DNA of 64,000 nt from a candidate division Kazan bacterium GW2011_GWA1_50_15 (GCA_001029795.1 CP011216.1:211398-275397), one strand, 5' to 3'; shown: positions 13,194 through 23,153, counted from the stretch's first letter. The notes: generated from the sequence alone by a model not told the origin. Translations and numbers: made by a program.

Positions 13194-13724
13194 ATGGAAG
13201 ATAAATCAAAAATCGAAGTCGTCAAACAACTCTTAGAAACCGCTACCGCCAACTTGGCTTCGGCCAAGCAGATTTTGGGTGAGCTGCTAGGGACCTCTTT
13301 TGACGATTTGCCTGCCAAAGTCGCCGGCTTGAAGTCCGAGGGCAATGTAGTTGAGGGCGTGTTTAACGGCGAACATATGCTCGATAAGGACGGTAGGAAG
13401 TATCCAGTGCCGGCCAACTATGCTAGTAAGTCTAAACTGGTGGCTGGCGATGTGTTGAAGTTGACCATTCAAGCGGATGGTTCATTCATTTTTAAACAGA
13501 TCGGACCAGTTGAGCGTAAAAAGTTGATCGGTACGGTCGTCTACGAAAATGATGAGTATAAGGTCGTAGCTGGCGGCAAATCGTATGCCGTGCTGATGGC
13601 CTCGGTAACGTACTTCAAGCTCAAGCCAGGGGACCAGACCACCATCCTAGTGCCGGAGAATGACGACAATGCCCACTGGGCCGCTATTGAAAGTGCGGTC
13701 ATCTCGCCGGGGAGTGAAGGATAG
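13194..13724 (+). CDS. conserved hypothetical protein
   Basis: GAGGAG SD; VVEGVFNGE..KYPVPANYASKSKLVAGD motif, which I recognise from Patescibacteria proteins. Confidence 0.8.
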   Translation: MEDKSKIEVVKQLLETATANLASAKQILGELLGTSFDDLPAKVAGLKSEGNVVEGVFNGEHMLDKDGRKYPVPANYASKSKLVAGDVLKLTIQADGSFIFKQIGPVERKKLIGTVVYENDEYKVVAGGKSYAVLMASVTYFKLKPGDQTTILVPENDDNAHWAAIESAVISPGSEG

Positions 13725-13751
13725 GAAGAAGTATTCAGTAGTTAGCATCTA

Positions 13752-13950
13752 GGGGTGGTGATTGGGTTGTCCTGCTTAGAGGGTCGTACAAGATACATTG
13801 TGCGACGTTATCTACCCCGGGCGGTAGGGGCCGGTTCCGCCGGTGGGCGGACTTCCCTGCCGGTATTTAAATATGTTCGCCATGCCGATAAAACAAATGT
13901 GGACAAGTTCAGTCCGCCAGCTGGCGGAGACAAAACGCCACCACTCCCCC
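13752..13950 (+). ncRNA. candidate ~200-nt structured RNA
   Basis: ends pair (GGGGTGGTG/CACCACTCC, TTGTCC/GGACAA); internal hairpin GTCGTACAA/TTGTGCGAC; no credible ORF. Confidence 0.4.
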
Positions 13951-13968
13951 GCTTATGGATGTCGCCCA

Positions 13969-13999
13969 TAAAAAAACTGCTCTGGAAGCAGTGATTTTA
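13969..13999 (-). terminator. intrinsic terminator for 14036..15718
   Basis: on minus strand ACTGC-ttccaga-GCAGT followed by a T run. Confidence 0.6.
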
Positions 14000-14035
14000 T
14001 ACTTTATATCTGTTGGCTATCTAAAAACTAGCTAA

Positions 14036-15718
14036 CTATAGCTTAGTCGTACTGGACAGGGTTGCAGGAGAGTTCAAAGGGTTATGATAGGTTACTTTTT
14101 TCACAGTCTTGCCGCTGAATGAATCGTAAATGGTCAAACTAGAATTGTTGCCAAAGAACTGTGTAGCCGTATAGGTCTTGGTGGGGTGGTTAGTGAATTC
14201 TGCTGTAATATAGGCGCCAGCCGGCGGCTTCTGATTGCTGACTCCCGTAAATCCGCCATTGAGGTTAGTACCGGAGAGAGTTAATGCTATCGATCCGGCC
14301 TGAAATCCAGCCAGACTGGCAGTCAGGGTACTGGGGGTGCGGTTGGGCGGATTAACCGTAATCGAGATGGCTGAAGAGGTGTATTTAGTGCCTTGGTATG
14401 TAAAGTTGACATAGACTTTGACCATGCCAGCGCTGGTGGCCTTAAAGCGTGCCACTCCCGGGCTGACATAAGACAGTGTGCCGCGATCGTCGGAAGTATT
14501 ATCGGCATAGTTCCATCCATAGCCGATTTTAGTAGATGCAACCTCCTTGCCATTCTCTTTGAGCGCGGCGGTCAGGGTGGCAGTTTCCCCGACCTTTATA
14601 GTGGTAGGGTTAGCCAAAAGGGTGGTAGTGAATTGAACGCCGGGGGTCTGGGACGAGGACGAATCGTTAGTTGGCAGCTGAGCAGGTTGTTGGAACTGAA
14701 TAGCCAACCACCGGGTCGGTCCAGGGAGATCGCCTGCGGAATAGGTCATGGCCGGTATCCTTCGTTCCTCTAAAGGCCCTTGGGTGGGCTTGAGCCACTG
14801 TTCGCGCGGTAGCAGGTACTGGGAGCCGCGAGCGCCCGAGTAGGTAAAGATAAATCGTCTCTCGTCGGCAGGGGTATAGATGGCTGGGTGCGCTAGTGAA
14901 CTGCGTGATTGGAGTACTGGAGCCATCACGAACCGTAACTTGTTAGTGGGGATGGAATATTCAAAAATATTGTCGGCGATTAATCGCACCGGGGTTAGGC
15001 GGACGCCGGGGGTTCTGACCACATAGAGACTATCCTGCCGGGAGCTATTGCCAGCCGTAACAAATTGGTTTTCTGCTAGATAGATCGGTGGCAGAGTGTA
15101 AGAAGTGTTGTTGGATGTGATTTTCGTGTTCTCGATGGCATGGGCATTGGGGGTTAGAGGTTTAAGAGTATTGCTGCTGACCGCTTCTGTCATATATTTC
15201 TTGAACCACTCAGATATTTTGGTGAACGAAGTGAGACGATGCCAAATTTTGTAATTTCTCAATTGGGTCACCCACTCGGTTTTGTCGGCCGGATTACCAG
15301 TAGATGCGGGGGCAATGCGGAACTGCAATCGGAGTTCAGAAGCGTTGGGATTGATGGTAAGTGTCTGAGGGTTCTTGAGGGCGTCGTAGGTGGTATTCAC
15401 GCCTCCCTCGGTGTAGTAGGGGTTAAGTAGCGGCCCGTTGGCATTTATTAGCTTAACCGATGGATAGTAGGTGGCACTGGATTGCGGGCCGCTCAATGAT
15501 CCCCCGGTCGTGACACTAATTAGTTGGAGGCCAAAACGTTCATTCGCGTAGACATCCGTAGCTAGTTCGTTGGGGTTAGTAAACACCGGGAAAGCGCCGC
15601 TACCGCCGATAGCCATCGTCAAAATTACCGCCGCGATAACTATCCCGGCGAACAACACCACTCCTCGATAGCGAGGGTGAAAAATATTTGGGACTGCGGA
15701 TGAGCGACGGCGTGCCAT
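14036..15718 (-). CDS. surface/secreted protein with N-terminal TM anchor and C-terminal Ig-like domain(s)
   Basis: hydrophobic N-terminal helix; Thr/Ser/Asn-rich; PTTIKVGETATLTA..W..G.VKVYV beta-sandwich pattern. Confidence 0.75.
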   Translation of the reverse strand: MARRRSSAVPNIFHPRYRGVVLFAGIVIAAVILTMAIGGSGAFPVFTNPNELATDVYANERFGLQLISVTTGGSLSGPQSSATYYPSVKLINANGPLLNPYYTEGGVNTTYDALKNPQTLTINPNASELRLQFRIAPASTGNPADKTEWVTQLRNYKIWHRLTSFTKISEWFKKYMTEAVSSNTLKPLTPNAHAIENTKITSNNTSYTLPPIYLAENQFVTAGNSSRQDSLYVVRTPGVRLTPVRLIADNIFEYSIPTNKLRFVMAPVLQSRSSLAHPAIYTPADERRFIFTYSGARGSQYLLPREQWLKPTQGPLEERRIPAMTYSAGDLPGPTRWLAIQFQQPAQLPTNDSSSSQTPGVQFTTTLLANPTTIKVGETATLTAALKENGKEVASTKIGYGWNYADNTSDDRGTLSYVSPGVARFKATSAGMVKVYVNFTYQGTKYTSSAISITVNPPNRTPSTLTASLAGFQAGSIALTLSGTNLNGGFTGVSNQKPPAGAYITAEFTNHPTKTYTATQFFGNNSSLTIYDSFSGKTVKKVTYHNPLNSPATLSSTTKL

Positions 15719-15750
15719 AAGTTATTTCCAGTATATCAACGCATTGGAAT

Positions 15751-15780
15751 AAAAAAAGCCCCGGACGTATAGTCGGGGCT
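15751..15780 (-). terminator. intrinsic terminator
   Basis: AGCCCCG/CGGGGCT stem with A7 on the + strand. Confidence 0.75.
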
Positions 15781-15819
15781 AAGCAATGTACAGGGCGCTA
15801 ATTTGTGAGTTCTCTTCCA

Positions 15820-16203
15820 TCACTGGTCAAACTCAAGGGCGGGTTTGGGGCGTTGGGGCGGAGGAGGCGCTGGGTCAATGTGGAACTCCCGCGGCGAGCG
15901 AGCTTTGAAGGCACCCCGGATCCATCCCCGCAGAGCCTCTATTTGAGAATCTTCTGAATCAGCCGGAACAGACGTAAGCAGTCGCTCTAGCAGGTAACCG
16001 ATGTGATTGTTTGGCTTTTGATCAGGTTGCCCCGCCGCAATAGTTAACTTCGTAAGTCCTGGCTTGTAGGCGATCTTCATATAGGTGAACTCAACTCCCT
16101 CAACGATGATCTGCGGTTGATCGGTCTCGTCTCTCAATTCGCCAAAGATCCAGGCCATGACCTGGTCAATCGCAGCTTCGCGGGCCTTTTCTTCGCTAGT
16201 CAC
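15820..16203 (-). CDS. hypothetical protein
   Basis: 127 aa, GTG start overlapping the upstream stop, followed by a terminator. Confidence 0.65.
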   Translation of the reverse strand: MTSEEKAREAAIDQVMAWIFGELRDETDQPQIIVEGVEFTYMKIAYKPGLTKLTIAAGQPDQKPNNHIGYLLERLLTSVPADSEDSQIEALRGWIRGAFKARSPREFHIDPAPPPPQRPKPALEFDQ

Positions 16204-16453
16204 AATTTATCGCCCCCCGCTGATCGGCGATCGAGGACACCGTGTCAAACGGAATGTTTCCAAGTTTGCCGCGAAACATTAGCACGGGGTACTTGGGATT
16301 GGTGTCGTATCCCATAAAGTCTACGCCCTTAAACATCCAGACGGCTCCGTCCTTCTCGATCAGGGTGAACTCTTGGTCAGACGGGAATTTACCAATGTAG
16401 GCCTTGACCGCTTCACCGCTGGCACGCAACTTTTCCGGGTGATGCGAGATCAT
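16196..16453 (-). CDS. hypothetical protein
   Basis: 85 aa with AAGGAGG SD. Confidence 0.7.
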   Translation of the reverse strand: MISHHPEKLRASGEAVKAYIGKFPSDQEFTLIEKDGAVWMFKGVDFMGYDTNPKYPVLMFRGKLGNIPFDTVSSIADQRGAINCD

Positions 16454-16514
16454 TTTGCAGCCACCTCCTTGAAGATTTTTAAAGTGCGGGGCGCGTAGGT
16501 AGGATTCAGTATTC

Positions 16515-16913
16515 CTAGCTCCAGCTAGCCTTCAGCTGGACTCGTCCATCTTTATAATGACGGACGCTCGAACGAATGCGAACATTCCGGAACGTGTACT
16601 GGTGGTCTTGTCCGCATTCCCCACAACCTTCGATGGTGATGGTTTTGACGTCATGTAGGTCGATAACGACCGGGTCGAGCCAGGGTTTCTTCGCGTTTCC
16701 CAATGGTCGCACGACGATGGAGGCAGCGGAATTAGGAACTTTATCAACCAAGAGAGCTCCCGATACGATCTTCTTGTTCTCCAGCTTGACAGTGCAGGTC
16801 GCAAGAGAAAGACCATCACTCATCTTCCGGAAACTACTGGCCAAGTGAGCCAAGCTGTGGTGACCTATTACAACCTCATGCTCTGAACATGGGCGGGTTG
16901 ACCCTATTCCCAT
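16515..16913 (-). CDS. hypothetical protein with CxxCxxxH motif
   Basis: 132 aa with AGGAGGT SD; GCGECGQDH. Confidence 0.7.
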   Translation of the reverse strand: MGIGSTRPCSEHEVVIGHHSLAHLASSFRKMSDGLSLATCTVKLENKKIVSGALLVDKVPNSAASIVVRPLGNAKKPWLDPVVIDLHDVKTITIEGCGECGQDHQYTFRNVRIRSSVRHYKDGRVQLKASWS

Positions 16914-16937
16914 ACTAATTACCTCCTCAAGAGTAAT

Positions 16938-17744
16938 TTACCAGCGGAAATCTTCCGCTAAAAATTTTAAAGTACCATCTTTGTACCGGTTAGCCGGTAC
17001 ATCAGGCATAATAGCACTTTCAAGCTCTGGGAACAAGTATTTGGCGGGGTTAATCGCCCACCGCTCACCGTTAATGATTCGGTCAATTTGGAAATGCAGA
17101 TGCGGGTTGATGGTACCGGAGTTGCCGGTGTACCCAATTACCTGGCCCCTTTGGACCCTCTCCCCTACCGCTACGGAAATTTTACTTAAGTGGGCGTAAG
17201 TAATTTGAAAACTATTTGTTTGCACAATGATAGTGTCGCCGGCTTTGGTTCCGATGAAGGTCACTCCCCCATCGCTAGCCGAAACGACGGGAGTGCCGGT
17301 TCTTGTTGCAATGTCGATACCATTGTGCCGATTGCCCCAAGCGGGGTATTTGATATTATAGTCTTCGTCGATGGCTTTGAAATGGCCGAATAGGCCATAA
17401 ACGAACCAGGTATCACCGGGTTGATAAATAAACTTGCCATCCACTACGCCGTAGATTGAAATGGAGTCGTTATTGATATCGGACCACGAGAAAGTGTCGG
17501 CGGGGCCGATGTGGTTGGTGTGGATGGATGGGCCTTGGAGCGGGAAGATCAAGTTTAATGGTAGCCCCTCGGTTCCTCGGGGTAACATTAATTCAGCTGG
17601 GTCGGGAGCAACCAGAACCTCTCGGCTATCGATAATCTCGCCGGCAGTGGTCGGTTGAGCAGGAGCTTGGGCTTGGACTGGCGAGAATAGGAAAAACAGT
17701 CCCACCCCAGAAGCTAAAATTAGGCGAAAATGATTTCTCATCAC
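16938..17744 (-). CDS. M23 family metallopeptidase (secreted)
   Basis: signal peptide; HNGID, YAHL, PHLHF motifs. Confidence 0.92.
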   Translation of the reverse strand: MMRNHFRLILASGVGLFFLFSPVQAQAPAQPTTAGEIIDSREVLVAPDPAELMLPRGTEGLPLNLIFPLQGPSIHTNHIGPADTFSWSDINNDSISIYGVVDGKFIYQPGDTWFVYGLFGHFKAIDEDYNIKYPAWGNRHNGIDIATRTGTPVVSASDGGVTFIGTKAGDTIIVQTNSFQITYAHLSKISVAVGERVQRGQVIGYTGNSGTINPHLHFQIDRIINGERWAINPAKYLFPELESAIMPDVPANRYKDGTLKFLAEDFRW

Positions 17745-17887
17745 TAGGCCCCCATTAGGTCTAGATCGGTTTATTTTCGCCCCAGGTTTACCTACCGAAG
17801 GCAGGTTCGGTTCGAGAGTAGCAGAAAATTAGTTTCAGAACAAGAAAAAACCCTCTGGGGACCAAAGGGTTTTTAGGTATGCGCAAA

Positions 17888-18694
17888 TTACGTTTCGAGG
17901 GTGGCGCCGAGCTGACGGAGCTTGTCGAGCAGTTTTTCTCCATCCGGCATTTCCTTGAGCGCCTCCTGAAAGCTAGCGCTAACGGTAAGCGACGTCTGGA
18001 GGGTAACAGTTTCGCCGGGTTCGCCTGGAGAAAGTGCCTGTTGTTGGTGTGGCTCCAACACCGACCATGCCAGAGCGTTGTAGGTCTTGGGAAAGCTGCG
18101 AAAGCAGCTGTCGCAGAGTAAGAACATCGCATCTAGCTCACGTAAGGCAGTGAACTGGTAGGCGCCACTTATGCCAGGACGGGACTCGGCGTAAACCGGG
18201 TCAAGCATGACCCCAACAAAGAAAGGGGCCAAAGAATCCGATACTGGGGTCTGGCAGAGCACACATTGGCATGTGGGGTGGAGCTCTGCATGTAAAGCGT
18301 GGACGCTGTCCAATAACACCGCGTGGGCGTCAGACCACTCCTTGTACTCTCTGACGGGCAGCATCTTCCCGTTCATGTGGTGATGGCGCAGTGCGAGCAG
18401 CGTCTGGACACTTAGGTACTGGAAGAGCTTATCCCAGACCTCGGAGTAGTTGAAACATCCCCGCAAGCACACATAGCAAAGCGCTTGGTTGTCTTCGCTG
18501 ACGACTCGGCCGAGCGGCGGCCAGCTTTGAGGGGTGTCCTCGCCAATCGGCGGGAATGTAACGGCTGGTAAGTAGGGGTGGATGAAGAGCCCTTCGTTGA
18601 CGCTCAGTAGCGCATCTCGGACGTCCGTAACACTTTCTGAATCAAGGGGAATTGGGTAGACCAATTTCCCACACTCACAGCAAGACAAGCTCAT
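17888..18694 (-). CDS. Cys-rich hypothetical protein (probable Zn-binding)
   Basis: AAGGAGG SD; CCECG, CYVC, CVLC, CDSC; own TAGAAT promoter and terminator near 17844-17874. Confidence 0.7.
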   Translation of the reverse strand: MSLSCCECGKLVYPIPLDSESVTDVRDALLSVNEGLFIHPYLPAVTFPPIGEDTPQSWPPLGRVVSEDNQALCYVCLRGCFNYSEVWDKLFQYLSVQTLLALRHHHMNGKMLPVREYKEWSDAHAVLLDSVHALHAELHPTCQCVLCQTPVSDSLAPFFVGVMLDPVYAESRPGISGAYQFTALRELDAMFLLCDSCFRSFPKTYNALAWSVLEPHQQQALSPGEPGETVTLQTSLTVSASFQEALKEMPDGEKLLDKLRQLGATLET

Positions 18695-18769
18695 GGTAAA
18701 ACCCTCCTTTGAGCTAGATATGTCAACAATACAAGATCAGGAGTATTCTAGCAGAAAAGTGGCTCTGGG

Positions 18770-21700
18770 TCAAGTTTTCTTGATGTTGCCGATGAGTGCG
18801 GTCAGGGCCTCTAACCAATCCGTTGAGGCGAGGTCCGTGTGCGGGAAAGAGATGTATTTCTCCCCTACTTCCAAATGCGACGCCAGTTTAAGCAAGGGTT
18901 CCAACATCTTTGGTTTGGGCGGAGTGGCTAGATGAATAGTAATTTGATACTTGGGCGCCACATTACTGGGATGAAGGTTTTTGGCGGCAATGGAAGTAAT
19001 TTGCTGGGTAGCGAGAGCGGCTAGTTTTAGGCGTAGAAGTTTTTTTAGATTAATGACTTCAACTGGCAATTTGCCGTGGTTTTCTTCAATCCGTTTGAAT
19101 TCATCTTCCAACTCACGAGTATTTTCAATTACGCCAAGGGTTTGATAAATTTTTAGGCGCTGACTCTCGGCGTCGACGTATTTGACCGGCAAATAGGCGG
19201 CTACCGGTAGGTCGATAGTAACATCCGAGACATCGATCTTGTTGCCGGTGCGCATCTCCTCGATAGCCTTGTTGAGTAACTTGGTGTACAAACTCAAACC
19301 AATGGCAGTAATGTGGCCGTGTTGTTCGCGTGACAAGACTCCGCCAGCGCCGCGGATTTGCATATCTCGCATCGAGATATTATAACCACTACCCAGCTCG
19401 GTATTCTCTTGAATGGTTTTCAAGCGTTCCAATGCCTTGGGGCTCAGCTTGCCTTTGTTGTAGAGGAAATAGGCGTAGGCCTGCACCTTACCTCGACCAA
19501 TTCGGCCACGGAGCTGATGTAATTGACTCAAGCCAAAGTGGCCGGCGTCATCCACCAGTAGGGTGTTAACATTCGGGTTATCTAAACCGTTCTCGATGAT
19601 CGTCGAGGCGATCAGTACGTCGTACTGGTTCTGATTGAACGACTGCATGATCTTGGCCAGCAGCCGTTCGCTCATCTGCCCGTGGGCGTGAATGAATTTG
19701 ATCTCGGGCATTAACTTTTCCAGCTTGTGCTGAACGGTATCAATGGTCTGTACCCGATTGTGGACGAAATAGACCTGCCCGCCGCGCTTAATTTCTTTTT
19801 CGACAGCCTGTTGGATGATGTCGGGGGTGTACGGAGAAACGGTGGTGATAATGGGGAGACGATTCGTCGGCGGGGTCTCAATTATGGAAATGTCGCGGAT
19901 GCCAGACAAGGCCAAGTTCAGGGTCCGCGGGATAGGTGTGGCGGTCAAACTCAACACATCCACTTCGCTCCGCAGCTGCTTAAGTTTTTCTTTGTGGGCT
20001 ACACCAAACCGCTGCTCTTCGTCAATGACGACCAGTCCGAGATTTTTGAACTTGATGTCTTTGGACAAAAGCCGATGGGTGCCAATAACGATATCTACCT
20101 CGCCCAGCTTCAGTTGGGCTACCACTTGGTCTTGTTCACCCTTAGACTTGAACCGGCTGAGGGCGGCCACCCGCGTACTGAAGGGCTTCAAGCGCTCGGT
20201 GAAGGTCTTGTACTGCTGTTCCACTAGAATGGTGGTAGGTGCCAGGTATGCCACCTGGTAGCCGGAGGTGATGGCCTTGAACGCCGCGCGGATCGCCACC
20301 TCGGTTTTACCAAAACCCACATCGGCGACGAGCAGACGGTCCATCGGCTTGTCTTTTTCCATATCCCGCAATATCTCGTTGATGACCGACTCTTGATCGG
20401 GGGTTTCTTCGAAAGCAAAGGTGTCGGCCAATGCTTTTTCCCAAAGCTCTTCGGAGTTAAAACTAATGCCTTGATTCAACTGCCGCTTGGCGTAGAGGTC
20501 TAAAAGCTCTTTGGCGAACTTATGGGACTCTTTGCGAATGCGGCTGATGACCCGTTTCCAGGACTGGCTGGAGAGCCGAGTCAGTTGCGGCGGTCGGCCG
20601 TCAACCGAGATGTATTTGCTGACCTTGTCGATCTGGTCGATAGGCACATACAGCTTGTCGCCCTTGGCGTATTCGACGATCAGGTACTCTCTTTCAACAC
20701 CATTGAGCTGGAGTTTTTGGATATCAAGGAGGCGGCCGATGCCGTGGTCGTTGTGAACGATGTAATCGCCTCTAGCGATCTCGGCTAAGAACAGTCTTTG
20801 TTGTTTGCCGGTGGCGCTACTTTTAATATCCGCGGTGATGGCGAATATCTCATCGTCAGTCAAAAGCATGAGTTGCAGGGATGGGCTAATTGTGCCGATG
20901 CCAGCCACGGGGGCTAGGGCGGCCGGACTGGAGTCGAGGGTGATATCAGCTTCTTTTAAGAGCTGAGTTAAGGATTTGGTCTTGTCGGTGCTGATGCCGA
21001 TCTGCCAACGGTCGGACAGATGCTTTTGGATATCTTTAGTTAAACGATCCATCTGTGAAGCGTAGATGGGTGGTTCGAAGAAATCAAAATCAATTCGTTC
21101 GATATCGCCAGAAGCGATAGCCTCAATTTTTACAAGCGGCAGGTCGTCGAGGGCTTTGTTGATGGTAGCTAGCCGAGTGTTTTCGCTGGCGACGAACATC
21201 TCATAGAGAGACTGCATGATCTCATCAGTGTGGTCCAGAACAACTATGGTTTTATCTTTGACCTCACCGAGATGCTCGACTAGGCTTGGCGCGAAAGCTT
21301 TGATTTTGATGGCGGCTAGGGTGACTTGGGCGACAGAGTCGATCTTAGTGCCGTTGATCGGCTCGAAGCTGTATATTTTTTCGATCCGATCGCCCGCAAA
21401 AGTTATCCGTAGCGGATGATGTCCAAAAATCGGGAATACATCTACAACTTCCCCACGCTGAGAGACTTCGCCGGCTTGGAAAGTTTTAGTCTGACGCTCA
21501 AACCCCAGCCCGATTAGTTGGGTAACCAGTTGAGTGGGGCCAATGGTTTGATCGACCCGAAGATCCAAAGATGCCGCAGGGGCCGTTAGAGGTTCAATCA
21601 GATGTTTGCCGGTAAAAATGGTTATCTGTTTAGGCTGGGCCAATTGCTCGCTCATCGTCACTCGAGTTTTGAAGTTCTCGATAAACTCTTCGCGGTTCAA

Positions 21701-21976
21701 AGAACTAGACCTAAGCGGCGGGTAGATGTTGGCCGCAATACCCCACAGATCTTGCATCAGCCGGTGGAGTGCGAACTGGTCCTGCTCGCTTTTAGTGATG
21801 AAAACAATGGACTTATCTTGGATAGAGGTGAGAGCCGCTAATAGCAAAGACCGCCCAAACTGGTTGAGCCCGGTTAAAGTAATTTTTTGCTTGCCAATCT
21901 GTCCCCTTAGTGTCTTGAAACTATCTCTGGCAGCAAACTTTTCGCGGATTGAGGCGTAGAAATCCGAGTCAGCCAA
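18770..21976 (-). CDS. mfd: transcription-repair coupling factor
   Basis: UvrB-like module, CarD/RID (VHNDHGIG), DVGFGKTEVA, IDEEQRFGV, TATPIPRT, QLRGRIGR, TRCF C-terminus. Confidence 0.97.
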   Translation of the reverse strand: MADSDFYASIREKFAARDSFKTLRGQIGKQKITLTGLNQFGRSLLLAALTSIQDKSIVFITKSEQDQFALHRLMQDLWGIAANIYPPLRSSSLNREEFIENFKTRVTMSEQLAQPKQITIFTGKHLIEPLTAPAASLDLRVDQTIGPTQLVTQLIGLGFERQTKTFQAGEVSQRGEVVDVFPIFGHHPLRITFAGDRIEKIYSFEPINGTKIDSVAQVTLAAIKIKAFAPSLVEHLGEVKDKTIVVLDHTDEIMQSLYEMFVASENTRLATINKALDDLPLVKIEAIASGDIERIDFDFFEPPIYASQMDRLTKDIQKHLSDRWQIGISTDKTKSLTQLLKEADITLDSSPAALAPVAGIGTISPSLQLMLLTDDEIFAITADIKSSATGKQQRLFLAEIARGDYIVHNDHGIGRLLDIQKLQLNGVEREYLIVEYAKGDKLYVPIDQIDKVSKYISVDGRPPQLTRLSSQSWKRVISRIRKESHKFAKELLDLYAKRQLNQGISFNSEELWEKALADTFAFEETPDQESVINEILRDMEKDKPMDRLLVADVGFGKTEVAIRAAFKAITSGYQVAYLAPTTILVEQQYKTFTERLKPFSTRVAALSRFKSKGEQDQVVAQLKLGEVDIVIGTHRLLSKDIKFKNLGLVVIDEEQRFGVAHKEKLKQLRSEVDVLSLTATPIPRTLNLALSGIRDISIIETPPTNRLPIITTVSPYTPDIIQQAVEKEIKRGGQVYFVHNRVQTIDTVQHKLEKLMPEIKFIHAHGQMSERLLAKIMQSFNQNQYDVLIASTIIENGLDNPNVNTLLVDDAGHFGLSQLHQLRGRIGRGKVQAYAYFLYNKGKLSPKALERLKTIQENTELGSGYNISMRDMQIRGAGGVLSREQHGHITAIGLSLYTKLLNKAIEEMRTGNKIDVSDVTIDLPVAAYLPVKYVDAESQRLKIYQTLGVIENTRELEDEFKRIEENHGKLPVEVINLKKLLRLKLAALATQQITSIAAKNLHPSNVAPKYQITIHLATPPKPKMLEPLLKLASHLEVGEKYISFPHTDLASTDWLEALTALIGNIKKT

Positions 21977-21979
21977 CTA

Positions 21980-22008
21980 TTGACAAAAAATGAAATATAT
22001 GGTACAAT
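21980..22008 (+). promoter_or_regulatory. near-consensus sigma70 promoter divergent from mfd
   Basis: TTGACA-17 nt-TACAAT with extended -10 TG. Confidence 0.75.
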
Positions 22009-22035
22009 GAAATGATAATCGAATCCCCTATCGGT

Positions 22036-22186
22036 GTCATCCTGAACTTGATTCAGGATCCATTCCCCTCTCCTCTTTCGTCATTCCAGCGGAGGTGGGA
22101 ATCCAGGCCGGATAAGAATAATTTTTCTTTTTCTGTCTGGACCCCGGGTCAAGCCCGGGATGACAGAAAGATGTGGTCGGGATGAC
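22036..22186. repeat. cluster of GTCAT...ATGAC palindromic (REP/RPE-like) repeats
   Basis: GTCATCCTGAACTTGATTCAGGATC; GTCATTCCAGCGGAGGTGGGAATCCAG ... CTGGACCCCGGGTCAAGCCCGGGATGAC. Confidence 0.85.
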
Positions 22187-22445
22187 GAAGAAGGAAATGG
22201 TTTGCAACTTGTCACTTATGACCTTTAACTTTTCACTGGTTCAGCGATAGGTGGGAGGGTCTTGCTCGTGAATGACTGTTCTACCCTCCTTGAACAGCGC
22301 TTTGCGAGCAAAACTCTCCCTGCTTATTCTACCGGTGTCCCATCCCATTAAATCTCACCTTCTGGGATTGGTACAAAAGCCGAATGGCTGATACCGGGAT
22401 TCTGGGGAGAAAATTGCAAGAGGAAGGCATCGTCCTTCCTTTTGC

Positions 22446-22946
22446 TTATAAAAGCATCTCGATTACCTGGGGTAAGACCGCTTTGACGGCGGTCATTTCT
22501 TTTGCGGTGAACTGGCGCAGGACGAATTCGGCTGTGTCGATATTAGGCGAACCAATTCCGATCTTGAGGCGAGAGAGGTTGGTAGTTTGTAGCTGGTCGA
22601 TGACGGACTGCATCCCCTTGTGTCCGGCGCTACTCCCCTTCTCCCGCAGGCGCAGTTCCCCCAAGGGTAGGTCGACATCGTCATAGACCACTGTCAGGTT
22701 CTTCTGGGGGATATTGAAATGCTTTAACAGCCGCGTCACCACGCTGCCCGAATTATTCATCAGTTTAGTGGGCTTCGCAAGGATTATCTTGTCAGCCCGG
22801 ACGATGCTAGCGCCGAGCTTTTTGTCCTCCCGCCACTTGAGTTTTAATTCCTTAGCCAAAAAATCCACCGCCAGATAGCCGGCGTTGTGTCGAGTGCGTT
22901 CATATTGTTTGCCCGGGTTGCCCAGGCCGACTATCAGTTTAGTCAT
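22446..22946 (-). CDS. pth: peptidyl-tRNA hydrolase
   Basis: LIVGLGNPGKQYERTRHNAG, KPTKLMNNSG, VYDDVDL, AGHKG. Confidence 0.97.
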   Translation of the reverse strand: MTKLIVGLGNPGKQYERTRHNAGYLAVDFLAKELKLKWREDKKLGASIVRADKIILAKPTKLMNNSGSVVTRLLKHFNIPQKNLTVVYDDVDLPLGELRLREKGSSAGHKGMQSVIDQLQTTNLSRLKIGIGSPNIDTAEFVLRQFTAKEMTAVKAVLPQVIEMLL

Positions 22947-23142
22947 CGTCTTCGGTTTCTGGACGGTCATCCTTCAGTGCCTCGAGGAGTTCCTTGGCCT
23001 CCCTCGAGATCTCAACCGTATCTTCATGGTAATGACGGTCAGGGGTGACCTCTTCTACCCTCTCAACCTTCTTATTCTTCTCTTTGCGATAGAAAAAAGG
23101 AGGAACCCCCTCGCCGGGGTTAATTTTTCCAATCTCGTTCAT
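22939..23142 (-). CDS. small charged hypothetical protein
   Basis: 67 aa, fills the gap in a co-directional operon, DTVEISREAKEL. Confidence 0.65.
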   Translation of the reverse strand: MNEIGKINPGEGVPPFFYRKEKNKKVERVEEVTPDRHYHEDTVEISREAKELLEALKDDRPETEDDD

Positions 23143-23153
23143 ACGACAATAGT

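Noticed and set aside
13755-13994. 79-aa ORF or tmRNA tag frame (ADKTNVDKF...)
   Set aside because: Crosses two palindromic repeats and a terminator; does not end in an Ala-Ala type tag
22012-22185. 57-codon ORF after the strong promoter
   Set aside because: Almost wholly composed of palindromic repeat sequence
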